Counted from the first letter of the stretch, positions 27,290-40,416 are shown. The stretch: DNA of 64,000 nt from Phoronis australis (GCA_002633005.1 NMRA01000593.1:727-64726); one strand, 5' to 3'. Translations and numbers: made by a program. The notes: generated by a model from the letters alone, not told the origin.

Positions 27290-27950
27290 GTCATTGAACT
27301 ATGTGCCGGTGTTATTTTTTTGTTTTTACATGGTGAAACCAGATGTTATTGTAAGTGGAATTAAACATATTATGTCAACGAAATGATCTGACTGAGACAA
27401 AAAAGACCCACAATAACTAAACACAAATTACAGTTGGACATGGCCAGGCCCAGACGCGTTCATTGCATTCTGCTTATATTTTTCTAATAGTTCACACAAA
27501 TGCAAATGATAAAAATCAACAACAGGGACAAAAATATTTTCACTTTAATTTTACATTGAAAACATTCTAAATTCAAAACTCCATCAAAATAACTCCTTAG
27601 CAGTAAATGTTAAGAAATTATCTCTACATCACCATTTTATATGTACGAAACGAATCCTAACACAAGATAAATTTGAAAAACATCTTTACACGATTCTGTT
27701 GAAATGAAATCGGTATTCTTTGAAATAGTGATAATTTACCCATGTTTAATTTTATATTTTTGTGTCAACCATAAGTTTTAGGACGAAAGTGTACACGTGA
27801 ACAAAATTTAAAAATCAAATACAACAAAAACACACAATATAAAGATTGAAATTTACGAAATAACAAATAAAACTATATCGATCCTCTACAAATGCAAACG
27901 AAAAGAACGCATACTTTTTAACGTATCCAGATAAATTACTTCAAGTCACG
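27290..27950 (-). pseudogene. Orphan copy of gene A 3'UTR and downstream flank
   Basis: Colinear with 36380-36945 and, across the Kolobok-like element, with 34570-34690 (e.g. tttctaatag..aatgcaaa..aaaacattctaaa; aaagattgaaat; tcaagtcac). Confidence 0.75.
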
Positions 27951-28117
27951 CTGATGAATTTGGTTGAAAACGTCATAGACCACACTGATAATTACTAGAA
28001 CTAGGGAAACGCAACACATCAGTTCAGTCACACACTCGTTAGATTTAAATTCGAGTCATGCATGGCTCACAAGACATTTTCATTTAGCTGCTTAATGCAC
28101 CAGGCGAATCATTTGAG

Positions 28118-28263
28118 CAGTGCTGTAGTGGGGCGTAGGCGCAGCCAACCACCTTTTGACATTTTAACGTAGCGCCTACACACCGTAAGTTACGTTCAGT
28201 GCTCAAGGTGATACGGTGGGCTTTGGGCGTCTACTTACCTCTAAGTTTACCACTACAGTACTG
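28118..28263. mobile_element. Short palindromic-ended repeat; related pieces at ~39488-39670 and ~40118-40181
   Basis: cagtgctgtagtgg..ccactacagtactg ends; shared aacgtagcgcctac.caccgtaagttacg and tgggctttgggcg.ctacttacctct. Confidence 0.6.
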
Positions 28264-30190
28264 CATTTGAGTACAATCTTGCACAACCTGTCTGATGACG
28301 GCTCAGGTTTCGAGCAAATTGTTTTTTGAGTTTCTACTTGAAGCAGACAGTACATTAGGCGAACCATGACTTTTCGCATAATGTACTGTCTGTATCAGAT
28401 CAGGTTACTGTAAGTGGATTTAGTTTCTCAAATCGTAACAAAAGGTATGCTATTTCATTTCTTTCACTTATTTAGAGTAGTAAGACTTTCCCACGCGGTT
28501 TGTCTCCTCATTGTTTCTTGACGGTTGTTGAACAGCGTACGAGGATCTTGAAAAAACGTATCCTTGAGAAACAACTGTAAAAATTGTGATCGTGCAGTTA
28601 TTTGAGAAAATGCGCCCCTATATTACTACTAGGTGACATCTTGAAAATTCCTGTCCAAAGACAACAACTCAAAATTGGAAATATTAAATGAAAAAAAAAT
28701 ATTAAAGCAATTTTGATCTTATCCAATGGGACAATTTTACTAGTCCTAAAATATGTCTTTGACTTTTCTGCAATGTTTTTAATTTTCTACACAATTGCAG
28801 TTTTTGTGGTTGCCCAACCCGTGCAAATTATCCTGGGCTTTGCAAGTGTCATGATTTTTGCCAAGTAAATAAATAGAGTTCTAGAACTTCATTGGCTTTG
28901 TGAGATCATATACAGTCTAATCTGTCAACAATATCATTTGACTTGTCAAGTGTAAGTGATCTTTCACGCATCAAAATCAGTTTCTCGCTATCATCCGTAC
29001 GTCCGTCATAACTGATATGCCAAAATATTTTGCTACGTAATAAAGATTTCTGTTGAAAACATAACAAGTAAAATATTTTTAGTGTTATTTGAGGCTCCTC
29101 AAACTGAGTGACAGGCGTACGTAACATACATGTATGTACTGTCTGTCACACCCACCATATGACAAATTTTAGAACTGTATACGATACATAACAATGTGAA
29201 CGTATTAAAACCCCAACTTTTCAAGCATTGATCTTTCTCAAAGAGTCTGACACACTTCAGGGCGAGGTAAGGTCACGTGTGCAACTAATACAAGTCAACC
29301 GCCATTTTATCCAGTATGCAAGTTTCAAGACAACATCAATTATTGAGGACATTGATACATTAGGCCCTCGGGTAGTAATTTAAAACCTGGCTATAATCTT
29401 AGTCTTATTTTTTTCTTAATTGGATATCTGAAAGCCCGAGATATAATGCTTTCTAGCTCTTTTTGTGCTTATACTCCAGTTAATGCACATTATATTTTTC
29501 GTGACAAACATTTAACGAGGTTTTACTCGCATCCTGAAATGCAAACCAAGTGAGCAGCAAAAATCTACGAGCAAATTTGACACACGTGATTTTATTGCCA
29601 ATGCTATTGACAGTCACGTGCTGAAGGCGCTTTTCCGGGAATATTGTCTTTTTCGGAAACTTGATATGGTTTTCATTTTTTCGCAACCGGTCATCTTTAA
29701 ATATACGTAATAACGCATTTGAAAGTTCATTAGCAAAGCGAGCTTTTCTGACAAATTTATTTTCATGCACCACACTTACATCAACAGTACTTAATTGTTC
29801 GAGTTTTCAGTTACGATATTGAGCGGCCTCACGAATTTCTTTTCTATCTAGTATACAACGAAACTCTTTCCAGATCTTACCTAATCATCCCTTTTTTTAG
29901 TGTATTTGTAGTAGTGATGTTTCACGCTTAGGAATAGGCCGCCGTGAGCATAAATGGGCCGTTGGTGCTTTCTAGAGAAGGGTACTTCATTAGAAATCCC
30001 CGTCAGATACATATTTTGCTTGAGAGTAAAGTAAACTTGTAAAGCAAAAAATAACTTCTAACGTGCATGTATTTGGTGACTTCTCGGTTTGCGAACGTCA
30101 TGCATAAATTTCCAAATAACTAAACATTTGTGGATTTTATTTCCCTTCAATGCATAAAGCCCTTACAACATACACCGTGGTGAACACCGT

Positions 30191-30567
30191 GGGCCCCGGG
30201 TCTAATCTTTTAATAGTTGTGGGCGTTTTCTAATCTACTTATGTGCCAGTTCAAGACAAGTGTCTACTGTTCTATGCACAAGTACATGATGGCACTAATG
30301 AATAACGTTCTAATCATGGTTTGCACTTGCTGACGCTAAAACGTCGAGTTTGAAATCGCCATTTCTCGTTTTTGCTCGAGATCTCGAATTTTCACTCGAG
30401 TTTGTGTTTCGAATATACACATGTAGGTTATCAAGAACGAAACTCATATGCATAAACCACAATGTATTCGTACACATATCAACAGACATTTCTCTTCATT
30501 TCGCACAAAAGTAGATCAGAAAATGCCGAAAATAATTTCGAGCTCGATTTTGATTAGACCAAGCCCC
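30191..30567. mobile_element. Diverged, inverted second copy of the 9824-10227 MITE family
   Basis: caagacaagtgtctactgttctatgcacaagtaca matches the reverse complement of 10113-10150; degenerate ggcccc..tctaatc / gattagacc..gcccc ends. Confidence 0.65.
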
Positions 30568-31847
30568 AGGATTAGAAATGTCGACAAGTCACTGGTTCTG
30601 AGATCCATATCCAACACCAAAAACAAAAACTAACTTTTGGTTTACGGCACTTATAGTTATGTGCTCTTTCTCAAATTACTCCTTTGTGGAAACAAATCAG
30701 ATGTCTGAGTTTAGAAGGAACTGAAATAGCTCTCTGGTTTGAGACCACGCTCTGCAAGTTGACATGTCGTGGTGTATCATTATATTTTGCAAGATTAGCC
30801 TAAAGCAGTTTTGGTCTGGGTAATTATAAACTTGACGAAAACACCAAATTTGTTGCGGTAATAAAAGTTTTTGTAAATAATTCGATTTTCGACGGAACGC
30901 AGGTTGATAAAAATGGTGGCTCCAAAATTTGTTTTGTTTATACGCTGTAAGTTAATATCATTACCACCAACTTAGCTTAATGATGAACATTTTAGAAATA
31001 ATTGCAAAACAACTGGTAACCCATATCTAGATGAGTACTAAACTAATATCTCAGACATTCGGTGCTACGTCTGAAGTACCGTCTAACCATGCAAACTTGG
31101 TATTCGTGAACCTCACCGTTGAGGAGACTGGTTGACGTAATGGAATTTTCTGGCCGTGCTTGTTACACACGACACAGGTTTTTTATGTGTTTAATCTAGT
31201 AGCACATGACGGACTGGTATAAAAGTTTTGGAACGAAGCTATTAGAAGTATAAATATTTTGCTAGTACAGACGGGTCTACACCATTTAACATCCACCAAC
31301 GAACTACCTCTAGGAGCCGTTGCATACACCTGTATATATTCGATCTATTGGGGACAACCTTTTCAGGCAAGGAGGGTGGCATTCCTCGGAATTTACAAAA
31401 ACAAAAACCGCTAAGAACCGTTTTCTTCATTTTTGTAGCAATTTAAAGAACTATGGCAGATTTCAAATTATCTCGATAAATTTTGATGCATTAATAAGAG
31501 AGTATGGAAATTTTCTATGTAGTTCAAAATACTGTGGTTTTATCCAGCTGAATTCATGGGAAATGACTTGTCAAGGTATCATATTAAAATTCAAACCTCG
31601 TTGTTTGGCGTTGGTTATGCAACTTGTGTTTAACGTTTTTAACAAAAGTTCCTAAGTTTGACAAAATTAACAATGAGAGTTCGCTGCAAATGAAAAGATA
31701 AAGTGACCGCTTACTTCAAAGATAACTCGGATCCAGGACTGTTGCAGCTGATAAATTGGACAATCCAATATCCTAATCAGTCTAAGTAGACAACGTTTTT
31801 CATCTGTGGATCGTCAATTGCAAACGGACAAAAAAACGAAAATTTAC

Positions 31848-31902
31848 CTGAAAAATTAACGCCGAGAAAGAATGACATAAAGCAAGTCCAAAAAGACAAC
31901 GT
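31848..31902 (-). pseudogene. Duplicate of gene B signal-peptide exon with ATG>ACG (T/M-LSFWTCFMSFFLGVNFS)
   Basis: Same 55-nt length, no indel, intact donor CAG|gtaaat; flanks ~31195-32045 align with ~25290-26175. Confidence 0.75.
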
Positions 31903-34691
31903 TGCTCTTGGTCTTTTCTGGAAGACTGATTAGTCATGGACGCTGAGCGACGCTTTTAAGCCCTGCAAAAAGCCCTTTGTAGTGAATAATATGCGTTTTA
32001 CTTCCCTATTGCCTATAAAGTGTGTTACGACAATATTGCGGAATGTAGGACTACTATATGGTGTCTAGGTTGATAGATTGTGTTTAGGCGCCACATTTCT
32101 GTTTGAGGGACCACCGCGTCGTCTACCTGAAAAGTATCCCGGTGATTGTCAGTGGTTTGGGGAGCGTTCACATATTACGTCATCCAAACTTTTTCAATTT
32201 TTACCCCCCCCGCCTTTTTTCTGCCATCATAAACCCCGTCCAGACTCTTTTTATGGCACCACGGCTACCCTCAACTGATTTTGGAAGAATCGGATTGATT
32301 TGGAGATTCTGTGCGCATTCTAATGGAAATCTGTTGTCGCTTTATAATCGTTCATGTAAGTTTAATTGCATTTGCCGCAGTTGTATTCAGCAATGAAATA
32401 AAGTACGCCATTTAAAATATCAAACCAAAAGTAGTGACTATTTTCTTATATCTAACTACGTCAGAGGAGTGAGAATAGGGCGGCCAAAACAGTAGGCGAC
32501 CTTTTTAAGCACCCACATGTTGATATTGTGGGTGCATATAGTCCAGATGAGTATCTATAAAGCTGAGGACGACGAATTTCGGGCTGATCTGAAAACCGAT
32601 CTGTCTCTTAGTAAGAGGCAATTATATTTTTTTCATCTTTGTCTTTGTATCTATTTTGAATTCCTTGGTGGATTTTCATGAAATTTGACAAATTAGGCTT
32701 ACATGTATGTTAAGGAGGCGTTGTCGCCTTCTAATTTTCGGACGGACGTAACATAATTTGCACCACCTGGTGGCCATTTTAAAGTTTTTGGGTGCGTTTT
32801 TGTCGATAACCCCTCTGTCTGCTAAACAATTCAGTTGCCGATGTGTTCCTGATGAGAAGACCACAACTGGAGTTGATTTTCGGACGGGCACCCCCTAATG
32901 GCATTTTATTCGTCCAAACCTGCATCTCCTACATGTAACTATTTGGAGGGTCTTTTTGAAATTTGGCTGGCGTTTTGCTATGGAGATAGCAGCCGATAAC
33001 AACGAGATTCAGACCAATCCTGCTACAGCTGTACCTCTTATTACGTGGCATTTTCAAATTACTAGTTGTGTTCCTGATGCGAAGACCACGGCTGACACTA
33101 ATATCTAGACAGTTCTAACAACTGTGATGACCCTTTGAGGTGATTTTGTATTTTTGCGACCATGGCTATAGGCCTACTAAATGTGACAAATGTCTGTCCA
33201 CGACTTTTGGACGGCTCTGACTACCGCTGTACCACGTAGTGGCATTTTTAACATCTAAGTTTACCTTTGTATTTTTCGGTTTCGGTGAATTTTGGCAAGT
33301 ACTTCCCAAATTCGGACGGGTTGGACGTATTCTGCACCATACAATGGTCATTTGTATGATACTAAAACACCCTTTGAAGCACACCGTTTGAGGTGCAGTA
33401 GTGGGTGCATTTCAACGCTCCGCGTTGCTATCTAATATTAAGTTTACAACAGTATCCACTTCTGAATTTGGTGGCCAATCTCCTCTGAATCAGCAATCTA
33501 GAGATCAAAACTTGATATAAAACAATGAAACTTCAAGTATATTTTGAAATCAAAGTAAAATAACTCGTGAAGTTTTAATGTAATAATAAAAGAATAATTT
33601 CAGACGCAACAGCACATATATACGTAACAAGCTCACAATGTAAACCCCATCCCTTGCAAAACATGACCACACCTGTCGCTGAACGTCCCCATCATGTCCT
33701 TACATACTTCGTACCTGTGACGATTGTCAGTGATAGTGGGAGTGTCGTTTGACTGTGTACATGTGTATAAGGTGATCCTGGTGAAATATCATGAACTCGT
33801 GTTTTGGACTTGGTTAATTCTGCTAGAAGGTGAAGCATTTTCCCAACGATATGGAGCACTATGATGGAAATATAAGTTATCTACTTAAAAGTTTTGTCTT
33901 AATTTTAACATAACTTATACCGGATGTGGAAGCTTCAATGTTTGGAGGTTGAGACAAATATTAAATTTAGGTCAAAAATGAGCTTACGTTGGTTCTTGAA
34001 ACGCGTTCATGTCCACTATGTCAGTGACGATGACCAGGTAAATATAATGACAGGTGTCCGATAACACCTAGATTTTGTGGTGCGTTAAATGAATGGTTCA
34101 CCCTTGCAGTGTGATGCGTGACGTGTCACTTGCAAACTGTTGGCTAATACGAATAAATTCTTCCCACAACCAAGGTTGCTTGTTAGGTCAGTAAAACTTG
34201 GCTCGAAATTTATCGGTTTCCATTGATAAATATGAAGTAAATATCTCAAATGTTTATCAATGTTTCGCAGGAAGACAGTGTGCAAATAAGGCACACTTTT
34301 TGAAATGTACTAATTTTCATTGTTGATCGAAGCTTGAAACGACTTCATTAGTTCTCAATAAGAAACTTGTCACTTCGTGGAAAATTTAAACCCTTCACAA
34401 ATTAGGTGAAATTCAGCCCGAGTCAGAAGGATTTAGAAATATACGAAAACGTTTGGTGATATATTTCGAAGGGTCAGAGGACAGCCTGAGAATTGAAAAT
34501 GCCAAAGCCTTGGGAGGAGAGTTTTTTTCAATTTACTTAGTTGGGAAAATGTTTGAAGAGTTTCTTGCACTTGGACTATGCGCTGATGCCAGCATTTGTT
34601 TAACATAGCCAAAGAAAATCTTATTGTTTGTGGAAACAAACATGTGCTGTCGATAAAGTGATCTGAATCAAGCACAAAATGGCCACTTTAA

Positions 34692-36375
34692 AGGACATGC
34701 CACCCAAAAAACAACCTAATTTGTATCAATTTAGATAGAGTAGTTCTACTCTATAACGACACGTACGGTTGCGTTACCTGACACCTGACGGCAGACGGAG
34801 GTGTTGAAATTAACCAATGACGTCATCAGTTTCACACGCAGTCTGTTCAAAAGTTCACAACACGGGTTACTGGTGTCTGCTTATCGCTTGAAGTCATCGT
34901 TTAACACCAATAAATCATTTAACTTCGATGTAAAATCCTTAAAAATACACCGAGTTCTTATAAAAACGTGTTGCTTTATTTCGCTCTTACGGATTTATTG
35001 GTATTTGGACACACCGTAGCTTACAAAGTTCGGCAGGCCAATAAGGTCTGTAGCAGGAGTTTGGGATCTTAAAAGTATCTCCGAATAGGTTCTTAAAAGA
35101 AGTATTTTCCGTGAGATACAGACAGGAGAAAATGGATGTGTGTTGTTTAGACTTGTGACTTTTTGAGTTCTAAACACAAAACGTTTGTTATCCTCCTGGT
35201 CATTGGCTCGGAGCCCGATCAGGCCCGTCGCGGCCCGGCGGCCGGATTGACTTCGGCGTTATCCCGGCCAGTGGCTCGGAGACTGATCAGACATCACGAA
35301 CATAAACCAGTCAAAGTTCAGTGGAAACTATACTTCCAGTCAAGAAAATACTATACTAGTGAGCCAAAGTAATGTGCACGTGATTATGTTGCCGTACTAG
35401 CCACAAAACTTCAAATCTACTTACTCGTCGGGGGCGGCAAATTAAGTTCCGCTTTAGCCACAGCACCGTCAGGACAGAAGTTGTACATTGACAATCATTG
35501 TTTGAGTAATGTAAATGTAAATAAAGATTCCCATAACACCTGGCCGTGGGATGGAAATCAAGTTGTTTCACAACAGTTTCTGCCAGCAAACACTAAATTA
35601 GCATGAGCTCACACGGCCTCGGTATCCCGTCAATTAGTTTTATTGCACCTAAAGCCGGTAACGCAGCTGGCTTCTCAAATCATTTGCACTCACGAACACT
35701 CCAAAGGCATTACAAATTACATCTAATGAGACAGACTTTGTTTCAGTTTTATATAAGTATTGGTTAGGGTGAGAATAATTCACTTTGAAACAGAACGCTC
35801 AGTAATAAACGCCAACATGGCAACTCGCGATCCCGACTTAGGACGAGCTAGAGCTCATCAGTCCCGACCTCGCAGGTGGATCGTTAAGTTTTACAGGCTA
35901 TCAATTCGAACAGCAATATAGTGATGAAGAGATACTAGAGAGGCGCCGTAAACAAGCTCAGAACGGAAAGTATCAAGTTATTTGGTAAGCCGGCAATCGT
36001 CAGGCACTGTCGATGTCTGCAGGCCACAGACACGGAGATGTTTCACGGCCTCATACTTGCTATTTCTAGCGTACACTTCATTCTTCACTACCCGATGAGC
36101 CACCTCCTAAGCATTTCGGACTCTCGAGAAAGTAAAAAACGATATACCCGCTTTCCTCGCAGGTGCTTAGTTCGGACAAGCGGGAACGATGCACCGAAAC
36201 ATAGCGGCATTCTCTCTGCATATGAACCACTGACGTCGCTAGCGTCGTTTCTCACCTTCCTCAGAGGTTAACGCGACACCTCTTGGCAAGGTAAGGTCGA
36301 TCGTATGCGAGGCGATGTGGATATAGACCGATTAAGACGGCAAAAAAGACTAATTAAACCGGGTGGCATTCTCCT
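34692..36375 (+). mobile_element. Non-autonomous Kolobok-like DNA transposon
   Basis: TTAA on both sides; TIR agga(c/ga)atgccaccc; decayed GYQFEQQYSDEE..W peptide (~35817-36010) resembling the KolX/P2X7-tail-like accessory protein; absent from the paralogous site near 27415. Confidence 0.75.
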
Positions 36376-36433
36376 TTAAACACAAATCAGAGCTGGATAT
36401 GAAGAGACCCAGCTTCGTTTACTGCGTTCTGCG

Positions 36434-36439
36434 TTTATT
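36434..36439 (-). terminator. Probable polyadenylation signal (AATAAA) of gene A
   Basis: tttatt on + strand, about 520 nt past the stop codon in an AT-rich 3'UTR. Confidence 0.5.
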
Positions 36440-36955
36440 TTTCTAATAGCTCGGAACAATGCAAAGCTTACACATCAGCAACAGACACAAAATAATTCTC
36501 AGTGCAATTTCACATTAAAAACATTCTAAAGCCGCCTACATTTCCCTGTTTACTCCATTACTAACATAACATCATAGATTTCAAGAAATTACTTCTGCAT
36601 CAAACTTTCACGAAACGACTCCTAAAACAAAAGAAAATTGGACAAAACATCTTTTCACTATGTTGAAATGGAATCTATATTCTTTTGAAATATACATAAC
36701 TCATCCACGTTTAAGTTTCTTACCGTAATTTTTGTGTCTATCGTAAATCCTCAGACAAAAGCGTGCACGTGCCCAGACAAAACTTTAAAAACCAATCAAA
36801 ACAAAACACACAGAGTATAAAGATTGAAATCTTCGAAATATCGATTAAAACAATATTGACTATCTACATGAGCAAGCAAATGGGAATGTACCTTTAACGT
36901 AAACCAATACATGCCTAGCTTTGTAAATTAAACTCAAGTCACACCCGGAATCAGT

Positions 36956-37115
36956 TTAATCGCATAGTCTGTCATCCTCGCTGGAAACGCCAGACCGACA
37001 CAAAGAGCTGTGGTCGCCACCAAGCGAGGTGGAGGAAGACGATAAATCTTTCATGTCCATTGCTTGGTAGTTGAGCTTCTGAGCTACCGCATAAGCTGCG
37101 GCGCGGCGACAGATG
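36956..37115 (-). CDS. Gene A terminal coding exon, cytoplasmic tail
   Basis: tttttattatag| phase-2 acceptor matches the TM exon; ICRRAAAYAVAQKLNYQAMDMKDLSSSSTSLGGDHSSLCRSGVSSEDDRLCD-stop; CRR stop-transfer follows the TM. Confidence 0.82.
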
Positions 37116-38216
37116 CTATAATAAAAACAGAAGTATAGCGTAAATCTTGGACTGCTGAACTACATCAGCATGGGTAATACGCCAAAAATGAGTAAAAAAC
37201 GTCCAGCAACAAGTGTACCTTTCAAGTTTGGCACGTTATGCTCAATTCAAGAAAGAGGTGAAAGCCGAGGGTTTACCTTCTGAACTTAAAGACAATTAAA
37301 CACATGTTTTTAGCAAATGCCACCATCAAGACAGTAACTGTGGGAACTGCATAATAGCTAACAACGGCTCCTTGTCAGTTGTCAGCGGTTACACAAGTTT
37401 AAACAGACGTGGTCAGTGGTCAGGGTACATGAAGCACTAGCACAACACTACTTTAAAACGGTCATAGACGTGATTTATGCCACTGACTGTTTCAACAGCC
37501 ATAACCTGTTTTTAATCAGATGAGTAGAGATTTTGGGGTTTGCCAAGAAATATGATATTTGTTAAAACGCATAAAATATTGCAGAATGACAAACAAAACT
37601 GGTCACTATGGAAGAATGAAATTAATTCCGATTTGAACAAGGAACAATTCGCTACCAAATAACGGTAGGTGATTTTAGTATTTTTATGATGAAAGGATTA
37701 TTTATAGCCGCTTTAAGTGACGTTTTCTGAGATCTGTACGAAGACTGAATCGAACTTACAACCTCTGTCAGTGGTGATAATCCAGTACTCTTCTAGGGGA
37801 GCTAAGCCCACTCGGCCCGGTAGGGTATCTAAACGAATTTACCCGGTAAACTAAAAGTCGCCGACATTGACTTCAGTGAATGGCTGGTAGCCTAAGGTGA
37901 GGATTGCCGATTTGTAACAGAATCACAAAAATAAAATGACTTGTGCTGTTTAAACTCTGGTCAGATCATATTAGTTTAAGAAGTGTATCCCAACCGGTAA
38001 ACCCAAAATGCAATTTCGACCCTAAAACCGAACTTGCAACTGAATTAAATATTAGCCCGTCGGTTTTATCACCGCTTTCAAGTTACCAAACGAACTAAGG
38101 TGCTGTCAAATGGACTAGTAGTTGTTGAGGGCATTGTTACATGTCGTCCCTGAATGCCTTTAAAACTGAATTGAAATCTTTGAAGTTAAAAATAAATGTG
38201 ATGAATCAGTACTTAC

Positions 38217-38460
38217 ATAACTTTGACAGTTACTATTGTGAGTGCGACAATAAGAAAAGTTCCTCCAAGTGAAACACCAACGATGATGCCAACCGTGTCT
38301 TGCTCCGCTTTTGGTGTCGTTCGTTGTGGCGCATGCGGAGGTGAACCGGTCGTAAACGATGGTGTTCGAGATGATACGGGCTCAGTCGAAGCATGTTGAG
38401 TCATCAAAGAAGTGGAGGCTTGACGAGTCGTGCTCTTTTGAGTCGTTGGTTCGTATAAAC
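38217..38460 (-). CDS. Gene A exon, Ser/Thr/Pro-rich stalk and transmembrane helix
   Basis: ttttag|..|gtaagt, phase 1-2; TTQKSTTRQASTS.. then VGIIVGVSLGGTFLIVALTIVTV. Confidence 0.9.
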
Positions 38461-38958
38461 CTAAAACCATACAAGCGCAATGGATATTTTTTGTGAAGCA
38501 GTTTTGATTTACAAGCTTTCAATCACGCCTTCGTAACTCAGTATCAAACATCGGTTTCGCTTATTTTTGCGTGACCATGTGCACTTCAACTACAGAAAGA
38601 CCAAGCGTCTACGTCTGGGTTAATGTTTGCTTAAAATGCAACTCGTGAGCCATTGCACTTAAAACACTGAGGATTTCCGTTCGCGCAGTCGTGTGTCAAC
38701 TTTGTACGTGTTTGATAACTTTTGCCGCTGTAGTCCACAACATATGTACTGTTCCCTTTAAATTAAGATCAGGTAATGTGAAACGGTCAAGATTTTGACC
38801 AACTCGTCTGAATAGATGTCCTTTCGATCAATTTCCTTTTATTTGGCACCGCACCAGCTTAGTGCATATTGGCTCCAGAAAATGTTAGCTGAAAACATGG
38901 GCTTTGTGTAACACTAGGCGTTTAAGGTTTGCATGTAGTGTCCTCGAGGAATACTCAC

Positions 38959-39132
38959 TGCAATTGTTTATACTAGTTGAGCCCAATTCGTTGGTGGTCG
39001 TTCTGGCGGGACATTTCAGACACCGGTCCGATCCTTCCTGCGGCTGATAGAACCCAATGCCACAAAGGACACAATCGGCGCCCTGACTGCGGTCTCCGTG
39101 TCTGACGTAATAAGTACCAGTGGGGCAGGCAA
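38959..39132 (-). CDS. Gene A exon, GCC2/GCC3 (ephrin-receptor-like Cys-rich) repeat
   Basis: ttacag|..|gtgagt, 174 nt, phase 1-1; CPTGTYY..CVLCGIGFYQPQEG..CLKCP..T..GSTS..C. Confidence 0.92.
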
Positions 39133-39157
39133 CTGTAAAAAGCGTATCCAAACGTAA

Positions 39158-39193
39158 AGAGGGAGAGGGAGGGAGAGGGAGGGAGAGGGAGGA
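39158..39193. repeat. (GGGAGA)n tract, a polypyrimidine stretch upstream of a minus-strand acceptor
   Basis: Read directly. Confidence 0.85.
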
Positions 39194-40245
39194 GTATACA
39201 AAATACTTTCACGACTGGCTCTAGGTCACCCCTCTAAGGTCACCAAAAACAGTGTCGAGAGAGGTTTCGAACAAGCTAAGTTTTTTTACCAGCCTTGAGC
39301 GGCAACGTTTTAATAAAGGTAAACCCATTCAATACGAGCTATCTCAATAGAATGCAAATGAGTATTTCTGAATGTCAAATGAAATCATGGCAGAGGTGTT
39401 GAAACGCGGCGGTTGGAACTAATTTAATACACAGGAACTGAACATCGTTAATACCCAACGGCATCTACTTTACTTTTAAAACCAGAATAGTGGGGCGTAG
39501 CAGCAGTTAACCACTTTTCTGTGATCAACGTAGCGCCTACCCACCGTAAGTTACGGTATAGTGGGGCGTAAGCACACGTAGTTGCAGTCAACCACCTGTT
39601 TACATTTTATCCTAGCAACCACCTTTTTCAATTTAACATAGCGTCTATGCGCCGTAAGTTACGGTATATAATGGGGTGAAGTATAGATACGATAGCTTAC
39701 GGCATCAATGCGCTACGCTGACGACAACATTGTTGCCGAAAATTTCGGCGCGGACGATCACCAGGCATATGTTTGCCGAGTAATGGAATTTTTATTTAAA
39801 GATAAGAGGACGTTACGGTGTCATAGGGTGATAAACGAGGTCAGTTGCAAGGGCCCCAAGGACAAACCCCACGGGTGACTAAAAGTCGCCGCCAGCATAT
39901 CGTTTCTGAGCATTACGCTCCTATTTTTCTTTATAATAGTGCTCGGGTCCCCTTCAGAGACCACTTGAAATGCACGCAGACCTTTGCCTTGAAATATGTG
40001 TGGTTGGATCATCTTTCTCCGACATACAAGATCCGCCACTGCAGACTGCAAATACCCATAAAATAGGCCGACATGTTTGTAAGTTAGGTTTTGCGAGCTC
40101 CATGCACTTTCAAAATGCAGTGCTCACGGCGATACGATGGGCTTTGGGCGCCTACTTACCTCTGAATTTACCACTACAGCATTATCTAAAACTGGGATCC
40201 AACAATAACCATAACCCACACTTCAAGACATTCATAGACGCTTAC

Positions 40246-40416
40246 CGCACTCTGTTTCGTTTTTTGTTCCACTGTCTTCAGTCGAGTGACCGACATCACA
40301 TTGCAGACATTTTAGTTGTCCCACTTCCGGTTGGTAGTCCCCCCTAGGACACGGGATACACTCAGGAACATCAGCAGTGTTATCGACTACGTAGTAAGTT
40401 CCTCGTTGACACTTCA
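40246..40416 (-). CDS. Gene A exon, GCC2/GCC3 repeat
   Basis: ttttag|..|gtaagc, 171 nt, phase 1-1; CQRGTYY..CIPCPRGDYQPEVGQLKCLQC..G..EC. Confidence 0.92.

Noticed and set aside
28118-28263. Match to the gene A intron (39488-40181) as extra evidence for the ghost gene
   Set aside because: It has inverted termini and looks like a dispersed MITE, so the colinearity may be coincidental
37760-37891. Possible extra cytoplasmic exon with a gtaagt donor
   Set aside because: Phase-2 acceptors here reach stops before the donor, whereas the TM exon joins cleanly to 37115; an alternative short terminal exon cannot be fully excluded
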